Positions 1-13,686 of a DNA stretch of 64,000 nt are shown here, piece by piece. Within the stretch, counting starts at the first letter, position 1. Each line of letters begins with the position of its first letter. The DNA lies in the NCBI RefSeq assembly GCF_036588685.1, contig NC_086385.1, positions 47,577,216-47,641,215 on the forward strand, given 5' to 3'. Source of the DNA: Mytilus trossulus (lineage: Eukaryota). The position numbers and the translations under genes are program-made. The notes below the pieces were generated by a model. That model was not told where the DNA came from. It worked only from the letters and a program-made list of their open reading frames with translations, and did not search any database.

Positions 1-1665
1 AAGGGGCTTATATAATCAATTCAATTATTTTTTTTACTACTTTGAGCAAATGATGCTCATCAGTACAAATATATATGCAAATACAATATATCATAAATAA
101 ATACATAAAACATACATAACTGATAAATGAATACATCCGAGAAGAATAATAATCTATATTACGTATTGGTAACTTATAACATGCCGGTTCTACGTTTAAA
201 TGCATGGAAAAGAAATTTACAAAGGTTACATATGTCTTTTACATTTTCTGTGCTCAACAACTGCATAAGCTTAATTGACGATGGACGCTTATAATAAGAT
301 GGCTTAATATACTGTCTCCTAATTGCATTATAACAATCACACTGTAAAATGAAATGAAACTCGTCTTCTATTGTATTTAAAGTACATAGAGTGCATTTTC
401 TTTCTGATCTATTAACAACGTGATATCGTCCTCTTTCACCAAATAAGTTATGTGAAGACTCTAAAATTCACGTTTAGTAAGGTAAAATTGTAAACGAACA
501 TTATTTACACAGTATTTATATAAAAAACACTTTGGCGAGCCATCCAGTAATTGATTCAAATATTAATTCTCTTGATCAAATATTCTAGTTTTGACAAAAT
601 ACTAGTGTCATTTACAACTAAACTATTTTGGTTATACCAGAAGTCATTCAGACCCAAATTAAACAATAAATACTTCTGTTGATAAAGCCAACTATTTCTG
701 TTATTACATTTATTCCGTACCTGCTCTTTGTAACAACTTTCAAGAATACAATTATTCGTTGCTAAAAGTTTAAACCAGTATCTTATAACATTATACAATC
801 TATAATATATCAAAGGATATCTACCAAGCCCCATATCTCACTGCCATAGCATAAAATACTACTTATATATGTATCAAACGAATTAAGGTATGTGAAAACA
901 TTCAAATCTAAGGATGACACTTTCGATTTCAAGGCAAATACACAGCTTTCCTGCCTTGCTCAGCTAATTGTTTTTGAGTTTTCAAACATTTTCCGATATA
1001 ATTCAACAGAATACCTAAATAACAAAATTCATCAACAATATCACTAACACTACCATCAAAATACCAATAATTTTCTTCAACTCTCACATTACCACCATTT
1101 CTAAATACCATAAGTTTTGTTTTAGCATTGTTCACAGTTAAACCCCATTTTTGAGTTTACAATAAAAGTGTGTCAAACATATTTTGTAAACCTTTAACAG
1201 AATCAGAAAATAGTATCATATCATCGGCATGCATAAGCAAAAATAGAGACAATTCCTGTACTTCATACGGTACATTACCGTTATTTAAAAATTCCATTTC
1301 AAAATCGTTCACGTACAATGAAAAAAGGATTGGAGAGATTACTTCCCCTTGCATTAAGCCAACTGCACTCGTGAACTGCTCTGAATAAAAACCATCAATT
1401 CGTACACATGATTTCACATTTGAATACATTGATTTTAGTATTAATAAAAGTTTCCCTGTTATACCAATTTTTGACAATTTCAACCATAAATTCAGTCTAC
1501 ATATTGTATCAAACGCCTGTTTGTAGTCTACAAAACAGCAATACAAACGATTTTTACTAAAGAGTGGTTTTTGAATGACAGTTAATAAACTAAACATCGC
1601 ATCAACTGTACTGCTGCCCGTCCGAAATCCACACTGTGCATCAGTTATAATGTCATAGGTGTCGG
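1..1665 (-). mobile_element. Degenerate non-LTR retrotransposon (RTE-X-like LINE), RT and C-terminal zinc-knuckle region
   Basis: Collinear minus-strand ORF fragments 1157-1597 (FVDYKQAFD, GLMQGEVISPILFSLYVND, HADD in place of YADD), 929-1135 and 556-834. The C-terminal GRY..ERKC..C..IEDEFHFILQC motif lies at about 330-450. Broken by stops and frameshifts. Confidence 0.85.
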
Positions 1666-2766
1666 ATCAAAGTAATAATCTCATATTCATAATATAATCA
1701 TATTGTAATTGCTGCCGTCATGATAAAGCAAAATGGCCGCTATGCCAATTAGTTAATTACCCCAAATTTTGCCATACGGGCGACGGCAGAAATTGGTAAA
1801 ATATTTTCAGTTATTTTTTCTGAAATGTAGCCTGTTGTTGTTACGAATTACTCAGCTACAAGGTTCTTCTTTCCCATTACATCATATTTGAATAGACTAA
1901 CTGTGCACTATAATTGTCTAAGTTTAGAAAATTACTGTCGAAAAACTCGGGAGGATGATCATAATTCAATGGCATTGTTCTTGTTTGATAATCGTGGGAT
2001 AATAGTAATTAAAAAATGGTATTTTGTTTGAAAAACAGCAACGTACATACGATGACTCTAACACAAAATAAAAATAAATGAAGCAACTTACAGTTAATAT
2101 CTAGAACTTAATATATATATATCTCAGGAAAATGCATGACAATACGTTAGGCTAATTTTTTTCTTCCTTTGATAGAAAAAAACAAAGTATATTGTAATTA
2201 TGCAAGTTTTGTTGTAACGATTTTTTCATGAAAAATTTAGAAGCAGAAATATCATTGGGTCATGTAATCAATTCAAAAGAACAGCTGAAGGTATATAAAA
2301 CTAAGCATGTCGATATGTTTCTAGTTTTCGTCGTTTATTACTTCCCATTCATAGTTTTTTCCAATTACCGCGCTGACGTTCAATTTGACCTACTAAAATT
2401 ACTGAGGCTTATTATAATCTTCGCTTTCAGGCCATTGGTCAATCAGTACAATATCAATGATTGTTATAGATGATCAAAATCAAGCCATTACAATCTAGCC
2501 ATATTAAACCTTTGTATTGTCGATAGAATACAGATATGTCAAACATACACGTGTTCATAACCAGCAGGTAATAACTGTTTACCCAGAGCTCTATGTTTGC
2601 CTTTATATTCATATCACACATTTTTACGCAAACCATATTAATGTGAATAGTATAATCCTTTCAGTCCGAAAATTGGTTCCGGCGACCGAGTGGTCTAAGT
2701 ACAACGCAGACCTAGACTGATCGTTTAGTCTAGATCAATATATTTATACATTTTATATATGAGACA

Positions 2767-3327
2767 TTATTTCTTATGCAGCAAAAATACTGCAATCTGA
2801 TTGGTTGACTACCCCGGTGTAAATAACACCCCACCCTGGTTCACCCGGGGATAAATAAAATTTTGCCAAATTTAAAAATAAAATGAAATTTTGCCAAAAA
2901 AATTTAAAAATATAAAGTTTTGCCAAAAAAAAATTAAAATATAAAATTTTGCCAAAATAAAGAAGAAAAAAAATTAAGAAAATAAATAATAAGAAAATGA
3001 TAAAAAAAAAAAAAAAAAATTTTTTTTTTTGTGAACTCAAAAGAACACAAAAAATATTCTGATTTTTTCCAAAAATAAAGTAAAAAAGTATTTGACAATG
3101 TGCAGCAGCATGGACATTGAAAAAATATTACGCTGGAAATTTTTACAATTTTACATCCTGGTTTCGAAATGAGTAAAGGAATTGTTCATAAGACATAAAT
3201 TCGTTATCTTGGTGTAATCAGGGGTGTACGGAATTTTACACCGTTGTTTAAAATTCATACACCCATTCGGTTTTTCAACAACGGTGTAAAATTCTGTACA
3301 CTCCTGATTACACCAGGATAACTAATA
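2767..3327. mobile_element. Non-autonomous element with a long subterminal hairpin (MITE/Crypton-like architecture)
   Basis: 46-bp inverted arms at 3203-3248 and 3277-3322 (3 mismatches), with short internal aaaattttgccaaa repeats. It interrupts the TIR of the 2761-4688 element. Confidence 0.6.
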
Positions 3328-3692
3328 ATATCTGAAAAAGTCTAATTTTTGGCAATAAGAAAAAAAAAAAAAAAATATTTAGACCCGGTATTTTAGTGTA
3401 AACATATTTTATTAATTATATTCAGGTACATACATAGGCATTTACATAATAACACATGTGAAATAATTAATAGGATCCAGAAACAATCTCTTAGCTTATA
3501 TTAATCCGTTTTCTAATAAGAACATTTCATATTGTAATACTCAAGGAGTAAAATGTTATAAGAAATAACAATGTTACACTAGATGGAAAGAAAAACACCA
3601 TATAATAAGGTTGTGACACACAAGAAAGAAGCAAAAAAATATACATCGGAAATTCAATAATAAAGTGTATGTTTCTGAACGGACACAATTAT

Positions 3693-4130
3693 TTAAGATA
3701 TAAGTATTACTTGTTGAACAAGATGTGTGCTATCATATGACAAATCTTTTATAACTGAGTATAAATGTTTGAACTCCAAGAATATTTCAATGTTTTGTTC
3801 GTAGCTGAAGTCCGTTGAACCGTGTAGCAAGATTTCTTCCGACAAAAAATGTATTATATTGATATTATAAAAATCCTGTTCACGCATAATGTGAAAACGA
3901 GGGCAGTGCAACAAGTAGTGCGCTGTCGTTTCTATAGCACCACATAAACAAAGTGGCGAATCCACTATATTTTTTACAAACAGATGATGATTTAGAGAAC
4001 TGCATTGCATACGAATTCTTGAGTGATAAATTTGACCCAATAACTTACCAATGTAAAAATAATTTGGAGGTTTAATCGCCCGAGACTGGACACAATTCCT
4101 GAATGCCCCCACCGAAGTACTGGTATTTTA
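3693..4130 (-). mobile_element. CR1-group LINE 3' fragment
   Basis: ORF 3693-4112 contains HSRIRMQCSSLNHHLF..SPLCLCGAIETTAHYLLHCPRF, typical of the C-terminus of CR1-group ORF2. Confidence 0.75.
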
Positions 4131-4984
4131 ATAACACAAATCGAAGAACACACACTGAGGATCTAGGAACTGTTGTCTATAATTCAAGCAATTGTTAAAT
4201 GTGGTAACAATGGCAATTTTAAAAATGGTATAAAAAAATCCAGTTCTTTCCTGTTACCAAAGTGCAAAACACCTTTTTTTTTCATTCAATATACTGTATA
4301 TTATTTTGAAATTTATTTAATATGGTGATGATAACTTATATCAAATGAAATAGTTGGCACATGGTTACGCTGTTACTTTCAATCAGGTAACATGACATAA
4401 CGTAACAAAAAGGAATTGCGCAGTACTTTTTGTTCATTTATCTAAATTTTTTGGGGTTGACCATCTGAATTATAATATTTTATTAGAAGAAATATTAAAA
4501 ATAATGTTTAATTGGTTGCTGTTGGTGCATTATATACTCTAGTTAATACTGTAACTTAAAATTTTCCCAAAAGATGCCTGAATAAAAAAAATAATAGAAA
4601 ACATTGTAAAGATGTTGTAAAAATAAAATTCTTTAATAACTTGGTTAAATGTGGGTCATGTAAATTAGACTTTTTCAGATATTGTCTCCTGCTGTTCACA
4701 CGGAGGTTGCGCGTTCGAATCCTGATCTATGAAAGGTTTGATAATTAGATACTGATCAAGTGTATTCATCAAATAAGATACAATGTTTGCAAGTTTGAAA
4801 TACAGAATTTTCTACCCCCTCCTCCCTCCCCCTTCTGAAATATTAAGAAAGAAATAACACATTTTTAGGGTAAAAAGGCAATTGTAGCAAAAGTAAACCT
4901 CGTTCTTTAAACTTAACCGTAATCTATTAAAAATAAATCAATTTGCATTAAAATAAATAAGTAAAATACAACTGTTATATTAAT

Positions 4985-5420
4985 TTCGATCTCTTATTCA
5001 TTCTACATGTTACTGACTTCCTGGCTAATTTTATTTTTACAACATCTTTACAATGTTTTCTTAACAAAACACAAAAATTAGGAACCGTATAAAAATATTG
5101 ACTTAGAACGTGTTCATCTGTAAGGATTATGGCCATATTCTAGCCTAAACCTGTTTTTACAAGACACAGTTCAAACGGTATAGTGACATGGTTTCACTTA
5201 AGCTTGGCAACAGAAACTACTGTTTTAAGTGGTGGTGTAAATATTAACACGTGTTCTCACCTTATACAAATGACGCAGCTTTTTTCATTAAATCATAATT
5301 TGTGTGAATATCAGAATGTGTTTTTCCAATATCAGATACTAGTAGTTGGCCGTTCTATTTATTGACACTATAATAGGATTTTTCCTGGTTTTATCGACTC
5401 TACCAACTACCTAGACAATG
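4985..5420. repeat. Locally amplified non-coding element, copy 1 (other copies at about 10845-11290, 21895-22050, 30850-31100, 33490-33750)
   Basis: Shared blocks cagttcaca(c)ggtacagtga, ttttaag(t/c)gg and cacgtgtt(c)tcacctgataca. Copies 1 and 2 align over about 430 bp. Confidence 0.7.
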
Positions 5421-6974
5421 ACCGAATCAAAAAGTAAAATAACAAAAATACAGCACTCCGAGGAAAATTCAAGAAGGAAAGTCCCTTATCAAAAACCAAA
5501 TCTAAAACTCAAACACATCAAATATCTCAAACGAATGGTAAACAATACACCGTATTGCTATTCCCGACAAACTATAGAATATACCCATCTTGAACTATTG
5601 ACGTCACACAACAATCTATTTTCCATTGTGGCGTCAGATATTTTGTATTATGACGACAACATATACGTGTTGTCCATTAATTGTGGACAAATAGCGATAA
5701 GGTGTATTGTAGTATTCTTGACTTAGTACAAATACTTTCTTATTCAGAAAATGGTGAATTAATTTTGGTTTTATAGCTAGCTAAACCTCTCACGTGTATG
5801 ACAGTCTCCTAAAATCTATTATATTGACAACGATATGTGAACAAAACAAACCGATATACTAGGTAAATATCTTAAAATTTGGATACAGCAGTCAACACTG
5901 TGTTATAATCTTAATCAAAAGATAGAAAAATGTTTCTGTAACAAGATCATATGTGTATATATGATCAATGCTATATAATTGAATATGAATTATTTTTCTT
6001 TAATGCAGTCATGAAATGTATATAATAAATATATATAAAACATTAAGCTTCCTCTGCCCGCAGTTTTAATGATAAATTTCACATGTCTCATATGTTTTCT
6101 AGGGTTTGATATTCAAATAACTTTTTGGTCTTTAAGAAGTGACATAAATTCGTCTTCCGATATATTTTTTTTTAACATATCGAATCTTGATTTATTATTT
6201 ATTCTACTCTCGAAGAGGAAATATTCAACATTTTCAAAAACATTGCATAGTTTGCAAACTTAAGTTTATCTTCTTTGTGGATTATTATATATCTACCTTA
6301 ATTCAATCCATGAACCCTTTTCAAATCATATTGCAGCATAACTAATCATTGTAAACAATTCACTTGTATCTACTAGTAGAACAAATGGTTTTATTTTTAA
6401 TTAAAATTTAACTATATAGTACATGCTTTTCTATACAGTAATAAATCGTTGTGATCCTTTATCTTGTCGATACTACCCCCCAACTTTCATGAAATATTTG
6501 CCACTGGAAGTTTAAGCTAACAGTAATCAATCAGTCCTGTTGATACATATATTTTGGCATGATCAATGTCATGTTTTTTCAGATTGTTTCTATCCCATTA
6601 ATAGACTTACAGAGGAATGATAAATTATTGTAGTAACTGTGGTCTATGCTTGATTATTGTTGAATCACTGTTCATTAGTTACTCTTTCAGTGGTTGTCTT
6701 TTTTTTATATGTTACATAATTGTTTTTCGTACATTTTTTGTACATAAACTATGCTGTTAGTTTTCTCGTTTGAATTTTTATGCATTGTCATTTCAGGGCC
6801 TTTTATAGGTTTTTTTTATTACGCAATATTTAACATTATTAGTACAAACGTGTTCTAGTATGATTAAAAAATAGCACCAACATCTTAATATCCCTAGATA
6901 GACTTTATGATTGTTACTTTAGAAAAAAAAAACAGGAGCCGAAAATAAATCAACTTTGTCAAAAGAATTTTGCT

Positions 6975-8440
6975 TTAATCGATGTCCCTATTCAAAGAGG
7001 TTTCTGAAATATTGCAGTCATGAAGAAAAAATCGAAAAAGGCACTTAATTCCTTGTTTCGTTTTGTCTTTGTTTTAGACGCATATCATTGGTTTTATTTG
7101 TACGCTGCGTTTAAAAATGTAAGTTCATCATCCGAATAAAGATAAAGATAACAATACTGTATTTTGGGTTTGGCACTTACGTAGTCAAAGGATATCACTA
7201 TTTCTTGTTTCACATTACAAGGTTGTTAAAGAGACATTGACTGGTAAAGTGATGTTTACAGACTTGACTCAAATTTTTTTTTTATTTATAACATGCTAGA
7301 ACGTCTGTCAAAATTATAAAAATTCTAAAAATAAACAATTTTCAAGGCATGGTCTCGATAATATGTACCCCCGTTTTGTGTGTGTCTTAGTCTAGACGCC
7401 ATCTAATTAACCGTCGAGTTGGTAGAAATACAAATTTGTTTTGTGGTATGGTTGAATAGCAAGCACCAACAAATTACCTAGCCCCTAGCCCACTTGACGA
7501 TTATAAATTATGATGTTTTTTTTTGTCGAATTGGATAAAAAGACCAAACATATATTAAGAAACGAAATGAGATTTTCTCTTTTATTTTTTTATGATTATT
7601 CATGTTAAACAATTATTTAGCATACATACATTCTATTACTAGTTTGTTAGATTTGTCTGAATTGAAATAGTTTAACTTTTACAACGTAATTTTGTCTGCC
7701 CTGTTCATATATGGTGTAACAGCCTATTGATCACAACAAAGAAAAGTCACGATATTAATATATATTTCAGGCTTTTATATGCCCTCAATTTTGAAATTCA
7801 TTCATACATAATTGTATTATTCTAAATTATCAGTACATTGGGTGATCTACAAGGATAACTGTTTTGACCTTTTATCTGATACCTTAACTATTAAAATTTG
7901 TATGCTACATAGTTTAAAGATTTATCCTTATGCGTAGGATCTATTTTGTTTTTAATAAATAAATACTACTTTCTAGTATGTTTTTTTCGTAATACAGGCC
8001 GTACTGTTACTTTGAGATTTAGAACAGCTTTAAAAGCGATGTTCCTTTCCTTTTGGTCTATGTGGGTTTTTTTTTGTGCTGTGCATGAATTGATTTTTTG
8101 ATTTTGTTTCATGGGTGTTCACCCCATATCCTTTGTTTTTGTATTTAAAATAAAAAAAAAAAAGAAAACTGAAATTAAATTAAATTAACCTTGCTAGGAG
8201 AATTGACGCCAACCGATGTCCCCGTATGGAGGGATTTTCGAAATGCTGAAGCCCCAAAGAAAAAAAAATCGAAAAAGCTCTTAATAACGTTGTTTTTAAT
8301 TATTTTTGCGTTAGACCAATTATTTTTGTCAACACATATAAAAAAAAAATCTATTTGTACGCAAAATCTGTAAGTTCAGTATCCGAATTAAGATACAGAT
8401 TTTAATACTCTGTTTCGTGTCTGGCACTTGCTTAGACGTT
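6975..8440. repeat. Diverged local duplication (about 6975-7190 vs about 8210-8440)
   Basis: Collinear blocks cgatgtccc, aaaaaatcgaaaaag, tatttgtacgc, tgtaagttca..atccgaat.aagata and tggcactt occur in both segments. Confidence 0.6.
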
Positions 8441-8649
8441 TAACGACACAATTAAATACATTTGTATCTTGTTGTATAATAGAGGTGGTTAAACTTGAAT
8501 AATTTCATTACCCGAAAAATGCATTATTTCTCAGTCAGCAGATTAAGTACTACATTTGAAGTAGACTGAGCTTGCTGACGTGTTTCGGTCAATGTTTCTT
8601 ATTTATTTTCGTCTGTGGTATACGTTTTGATATTTGTTAAAAATACACA

Positions 8650-9537
8650 AAGAAGGTTCGGTTAGGGTCGATTTTAGTCTCAAATTTCAGGTTGATCTAA
8701 CGAAAGATTTCAACACTTTTTAAACACTTAAGTGTCTATTTCAGTTAATTCAATTAGTTTGTGTGAAAGATTTTAACTGATTGAGTCATAAAAAACGCTC
8801 CGATTCAAGCTTAAATATGAAAAATCTATCAAAAGTGCCCCAAAAGTCACTTTTTAGATGTTTTATTTTTGTCAAAAATGAAAGTTGCCGCATCCGTGTT
8901 TATCCACAACCTTTATATATGTTATGTATTATACAATTATAGCCTTTGTATGAGGTCGATATGCTTCTCTAGGTCGACATAACATGGTATTGACCTCAAC
9001 CAAAGGCTACAATTGTTATATTATTAATCAACAACTATTGCATGAAGAATGTAAAATTGGGGATTTCTAGAATGTATTTTTAGTAACATGCTGTATGCCC
9101 TGTGCAATATGCTGTTTTTGACCTACGAAAAGCTAAACACAACAGTATTGGCGTGCAATCTGAGTAAATACAAATGTACATGTGATCAAGTTTTAACGAA
9201 TCACAAATCCTTAAAAATATTCGATTAATAATATTATCAAATACAATTTACATTTCAATATTAAGAATAAACACGAATGCGGCCACTTTCATTTAAGACG
9301 GAAATCGTCTAAAATTTAACAAAAATGCTAACATTGTGAAGATTTCAGTAATTAAGCATGACTTAATGATGCTAGTAGCTATAGCCGATACATGTGCCTT
9401 GTATTGTCAAAAACAGCCCATATTTGTGTAGCAAAAGCATTCAACTTTAAATAAACAAATAAAAGTTTACATTTTCACAAATTTGTAAATATGCTATATT
9501 TTGGGGTCAAAAAATGGTCTTACTGAACTTACTTCTA
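8650..9537. mobile_element. Kolobok-like non-autonomous DNA transposon (degenerate TIRs) with a nested hairpin element at about 8931-9235
   Basis: The termini agaaggttcggttagggtcgatttt and aaaaatggtcttactgaacttacttct are imperfect inverted repeats. Internal hairpin acaattatagcctttgtatgaggtcgata / tattgacctcaaccaaaggctacaattgt at 8933-9017. Confidence 0.55.
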
Positions 9538-10148
9538 TTCAAGTATCCAATGATGAAATGGAGAAGGATAAAGCAATAATAAAATTATTTTTAATCTAAC
9601 GAACGGTCATTATAACGAAAATATTATGTATGTTTTTCATAAAAGTACCGTGAAATCCGCGGTTGACATATCGTAACTAATGTTATTTTGAAGTGCCTGG
9701 AATATCACAAGTTTGATTATTTTAATCTATCGATTATATAAACCACCTACTCCAAAAACATCGTTCGATGTGATTACATCTTATGTTAATCATTTAAGTA
9801 ACGTAGCAACATTCACTTTGTAAATTCCCGTTTGTATGTCGTCACGTTAAGCACAGCATGATTTTTATGCGCCAAAATCAATCATTGAGATTTGCATAAT
9901 CAGTTCAGATTATCTCAAATTCATAATTGGGTTTAAACCCACAAGTATTGTTCTCTTTGTAATGCATTAAAATTGGAATAACGGTACTGTTGTTTTAAAG
10001 TTGGTGCCTTTTCTATAGATTAGAGGGTTGGACATATTCGTCGTCAGCAAACCTGTATTTGCGACCATCAAATCAGTAATTGACGGTGTCAACTCTTTAA
10101 TCATAGCACTGCACTCGTGTCTCCGTCGCCAGACTTCTAACCTTGGGG

Positions 10149-10780
10149 TTGTAGCTAATTAGTCTTCATGCTTTTTATCTAATGGGGATCATATATAGAT
10201 ATTTGTGTCAGATAGTTGATCGTTTTTTCTTAATTGTTAACGCTAAGTTGCTGTCTCATTAATGTTTATCCCATATATCTATTGTTCCTTTCTTGATAAA
10301 TGAACTTATCTAGCTTGATGAAATATTATTTACACAGTTTACTAGTGTCCTAATATGATATAAATGTAGTAATATACTTAATATAAGGGTTCGAACGATA
10401 TATATGGGTCAGTATTATCTTTAGAGCGAAGCTTGAACCAATATTTGAAATTAATTGTCCCCATATATTTCGTAAATTAGGGTTACTAGCGCACTATGTA
10501 ACGAAATTATCTTACCGACTTTCTTAAAATGTCAAGCCTGTTTGAGGCTCAGCTCCGTCATTAAATTCAAATGAAATCTTTACATAAATATATGTATGTA
10601 TATATATATTGATTGCATCCGATTTTATTTTTTAATGAATGTCAATAACAATTTATGCTCTCACAGAAAAGTAAAACAGTTGATGGTTGCCGCTTACCGG
10701 AAGAAGACGAACGTGATCAAGTCTTCAATATAAGAAACCTACCGCCGTTGGTCAATATCAAAACTAATGCCAGTAACGAT
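10149..10780. repeat. Segmental duplication, paralogous to about 13074-13686 (continuing at about 14204-14225)
   Basis: High-identity collinear alignment from ttgtagctaattagtcttcatg to aatat. The second copy is interrupted at 13687 by a hairpin MITE. Confidence 0.85.
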
Positions 10781-12479
10781 AACTTTAATTTATTAAAAAT
10801 AAAAACAATTTGATATAACAGCAAGTAAACAAATGTAGTTTTAATTTAGATCTCTTATTATTTCATCATGCTACAGAAACTGACTTCCTGGCAATTTTTC
10901 TTACAACATCCTTACAATGTTTTCTTAACAAAACACAACAATAAGGTCACGTATAAAATTATAAACTTAAAACGTGTCAATCTGTAAGGATTATGGCCCT
11001 ATTCTAGCCTAAACCTGTTTGTACGAGAAACAGTTCACATGGTACAGTGAAATAGTATCACGTAAGCTTGTCGACAGAAACTACTATTTTAAGTGGTGGT
11101 ATATAACATATCAGCACGTGTTCTCAACTGATACAAATGAAACAGCTTGTTCATTAAATCATAACTTGTGTGAATATCAGAATGTGTTTTTTTTATAATA
11201 TCAGATACTAGAAGTTGGCCGTTCTGTTTATTGACACTAATAGTTTTTTTTCTGGTTTCATCGACGCTACCAATCTTCTAGACAACCACCAAATAAAAAA
11301 GTAAAATAAAAAAAATACATAACCCCGAGGAAAATAATAACGGAAAGTCCCAAATCAAATAACAAAATCAAAAGCTCAATCACATAACAATAACTCATAT
11401 TCCTTTATTGTTACATACATTATTTTAATGTAGAATAATGGTGGATTAAACCTGGTTTTATAACTATCTGAAGCTCTCACTTGTAAGCAACATGATGGGT
11501 GTCACAAATGGAGCAGCATCTGCTTATCTTTCAGGTCACCTAAGATCATCTCTAGTTTTTGGTGGGGTTCGTGTTGCTTATTTTTTAGTTTTCTTTGTTG
11601 TGTCATGTGTACTTTTGTTTGTCTTTTCATTTTTAGCCATGGCGTTGTCAGTATATTTTCGATTTATGAGTTTGATTGTCCCTTTAGTATCTCTCGTCCC
11701 TCTTTTGGAAGACTGTTGCATACATTTTTAGTATAATAACTACGACGTATGAACAAATCAAACAGACATAATAGTACAAAATGTTCAAACATAGAAGGTA
11801 CAGGAGTCAATACTATGGTATAATCTTAATCAAAACTCAGGAAGTTTGTAACAAATGATGTTGCAACAATATTGAAAATTATAGTAAACATTTTTTTACA
11901 AGTAGTATAATTGATTTTATTTTTATTCTGAACACAACTGTATATGATTTTATATATAGCAATACAACCGTTGTGATCCTACATCTTGTTGATACTTCGT
12001 CCCGAACTTGCATGAAATATTTGCCACTGAATTTTTAACAAACAACAACCAATTGATCTAAATTTTCAAATAGTTGTGCCAAAAACGTCTAAGGTTATCA
12101 ATGTCTGGGATAAGAAAATCCTTAGTTTTGTAAATAGGAAATTTATAAAAATGACCACATTATTGATATTTATGTCAACACAGCGGTTTTGACTACTGCG
12201 CTGGTGATACCCTCGGGGACAAAACGTCAACCAGCAGTGGCAATACTTTGCCATGCCCCAATCTGAGGTTTTTCAAAATTGAACTCCACTCAAGAAAACT
12301 TTCAAAACCTCCTTAATTTCCCCTTTTTCATGATGCAAATGACTATTCTTTTAGAAAGAAACAAAAAGGAAAAAATCATCTCATCGGGTTTTGACGATAC
12401 ATCTTAGATGTATTGATTTTCGACCAAATAATGAACAGGTTCTTATAAAAAAAGAATGTTTTCATATAGTACCGGTTGT

Positions 12480-13070
12480 AAATTGAGAAACATAAACTTG
12501 TTAAACATACTTATAACACTGAAAAATAGTTGCTGTAGAAAATGCCACTGCGCCATCGTAGTGCTTTTTCAAAATTTAGATGTGGTGTAGCACCATTAAA
12601 AATTGAAACTGGTCGATATGAGAAAAAAAATCTAGACGAAAGAGTGTGTTTTAACTGCAAGATTTTAGAGCATGAAAACATGTACTTTTACATTGTCCGT
12701 TGTATGAAGATCTAAGACATGCTTTTTTTTATTGATATATTGTGTCATAATGATATGTTTTTAAACTTATTTATAGATTTAAAAATACCAATATTTGTAA
12801 TATTGTTGCCAAAACCTGCAATTACAATTTTTTCAAGGAGAAACAGTATTTTACATCATTAACTACTGTATTTGTAGTATTTTATAAATAAATAAGTATT
12901 ATATGTATTTGAATAGTCTCTCATAATTCTTTTAAGAATGACACATACATATATTTAATTGTTTTTACTATCTGTTTAATGTATTATTAATTTTATAATT
13001 GTATCTTGTTTTAATCATATTGTAAGTGGTGAGACTTTAATACGCTATTAAATCTGAATCTGTAATCTGG
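12480..13070 (+). mobile_element. 5'-truncated RTE-X-like LINE 3' end (same family as 58200-61969)
   Basis: Translates as RHRSAFSKFRCGVAPLKIETGRY..ERVCFNC..HVLLHCPLYEDLR. The 3'UTR block tagtctctcataattcttt...ggtgagact and the (aatctg)n tail are shared with 61830-61969. Confidence 0.8.
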
Positions 13071-13686
13071 TTATTGTAGCTAATTAGTCTTCATGTTTTT
13101 TATCTACTTGGGATAAGGCATTTTTGTCAGAAAGTTGATAGTTTTTACTTAAGTATTATCGCTAAGTTGCTGTCTCATTGATATTCATCTTTTGTTCCTT
13201 TCTTAAGCTTGATAAATGAACTTATCTAGCTTTATGAAACATAATTTAAACAGTTTACTAGTGTCCTAATATGATATAAATGTAGTCAGTTGATTTAATA
13301 TAAGGGTTCGAACGATATATATGGGGTCAGTATTTTCTTTAGAGTGAAGCTCGAACCCATATTTGAAATTAACTCTCCCCATATGCATATATTTCGTATT
13401 AGGGTTACAAATGTACTAGCGCATTATGTAACGAAATTATCTTACCGATTTTTTTAAAATGTCAAGGCTTTTTGAAGCTCAGCCCCGTCATTAAATTTAA
13501 ATGAAATGTTTACCTAAATATATGTGTGTATATATATTGATTGCATCCGATTTTTTTTTTATTGAATGTCAATAACAATTGATGCTTTCACAGATAAGTC
13601 AAACAGTTGACGGTTGCCGCTTACTGGAAGAAGACGAACGTGATCAAGTCTGCAATACAAAAAACCTACTGCCGATGGTGAATATT

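Larger units (their letters stand above)
2761..4688. mobile_element. TIR DNA element (GAG...CTC termini) carrying nested insertions
   Basis: Right end 4662-4688 (aaattagactttttcagatattgtctc) is the exact reverse complement of gagaca (2761-2766) joined to atatctgaaaaagtctaattt (3328-3348). The left TIR is therefore split by a later insertion. No clear TSD. Confidence 0.6.

Noticed and set aside
2774-3040. Phe-rich 88-aa ORF
   Set aside because: Translation of A-rich low-complexity repeats inside a MITE.
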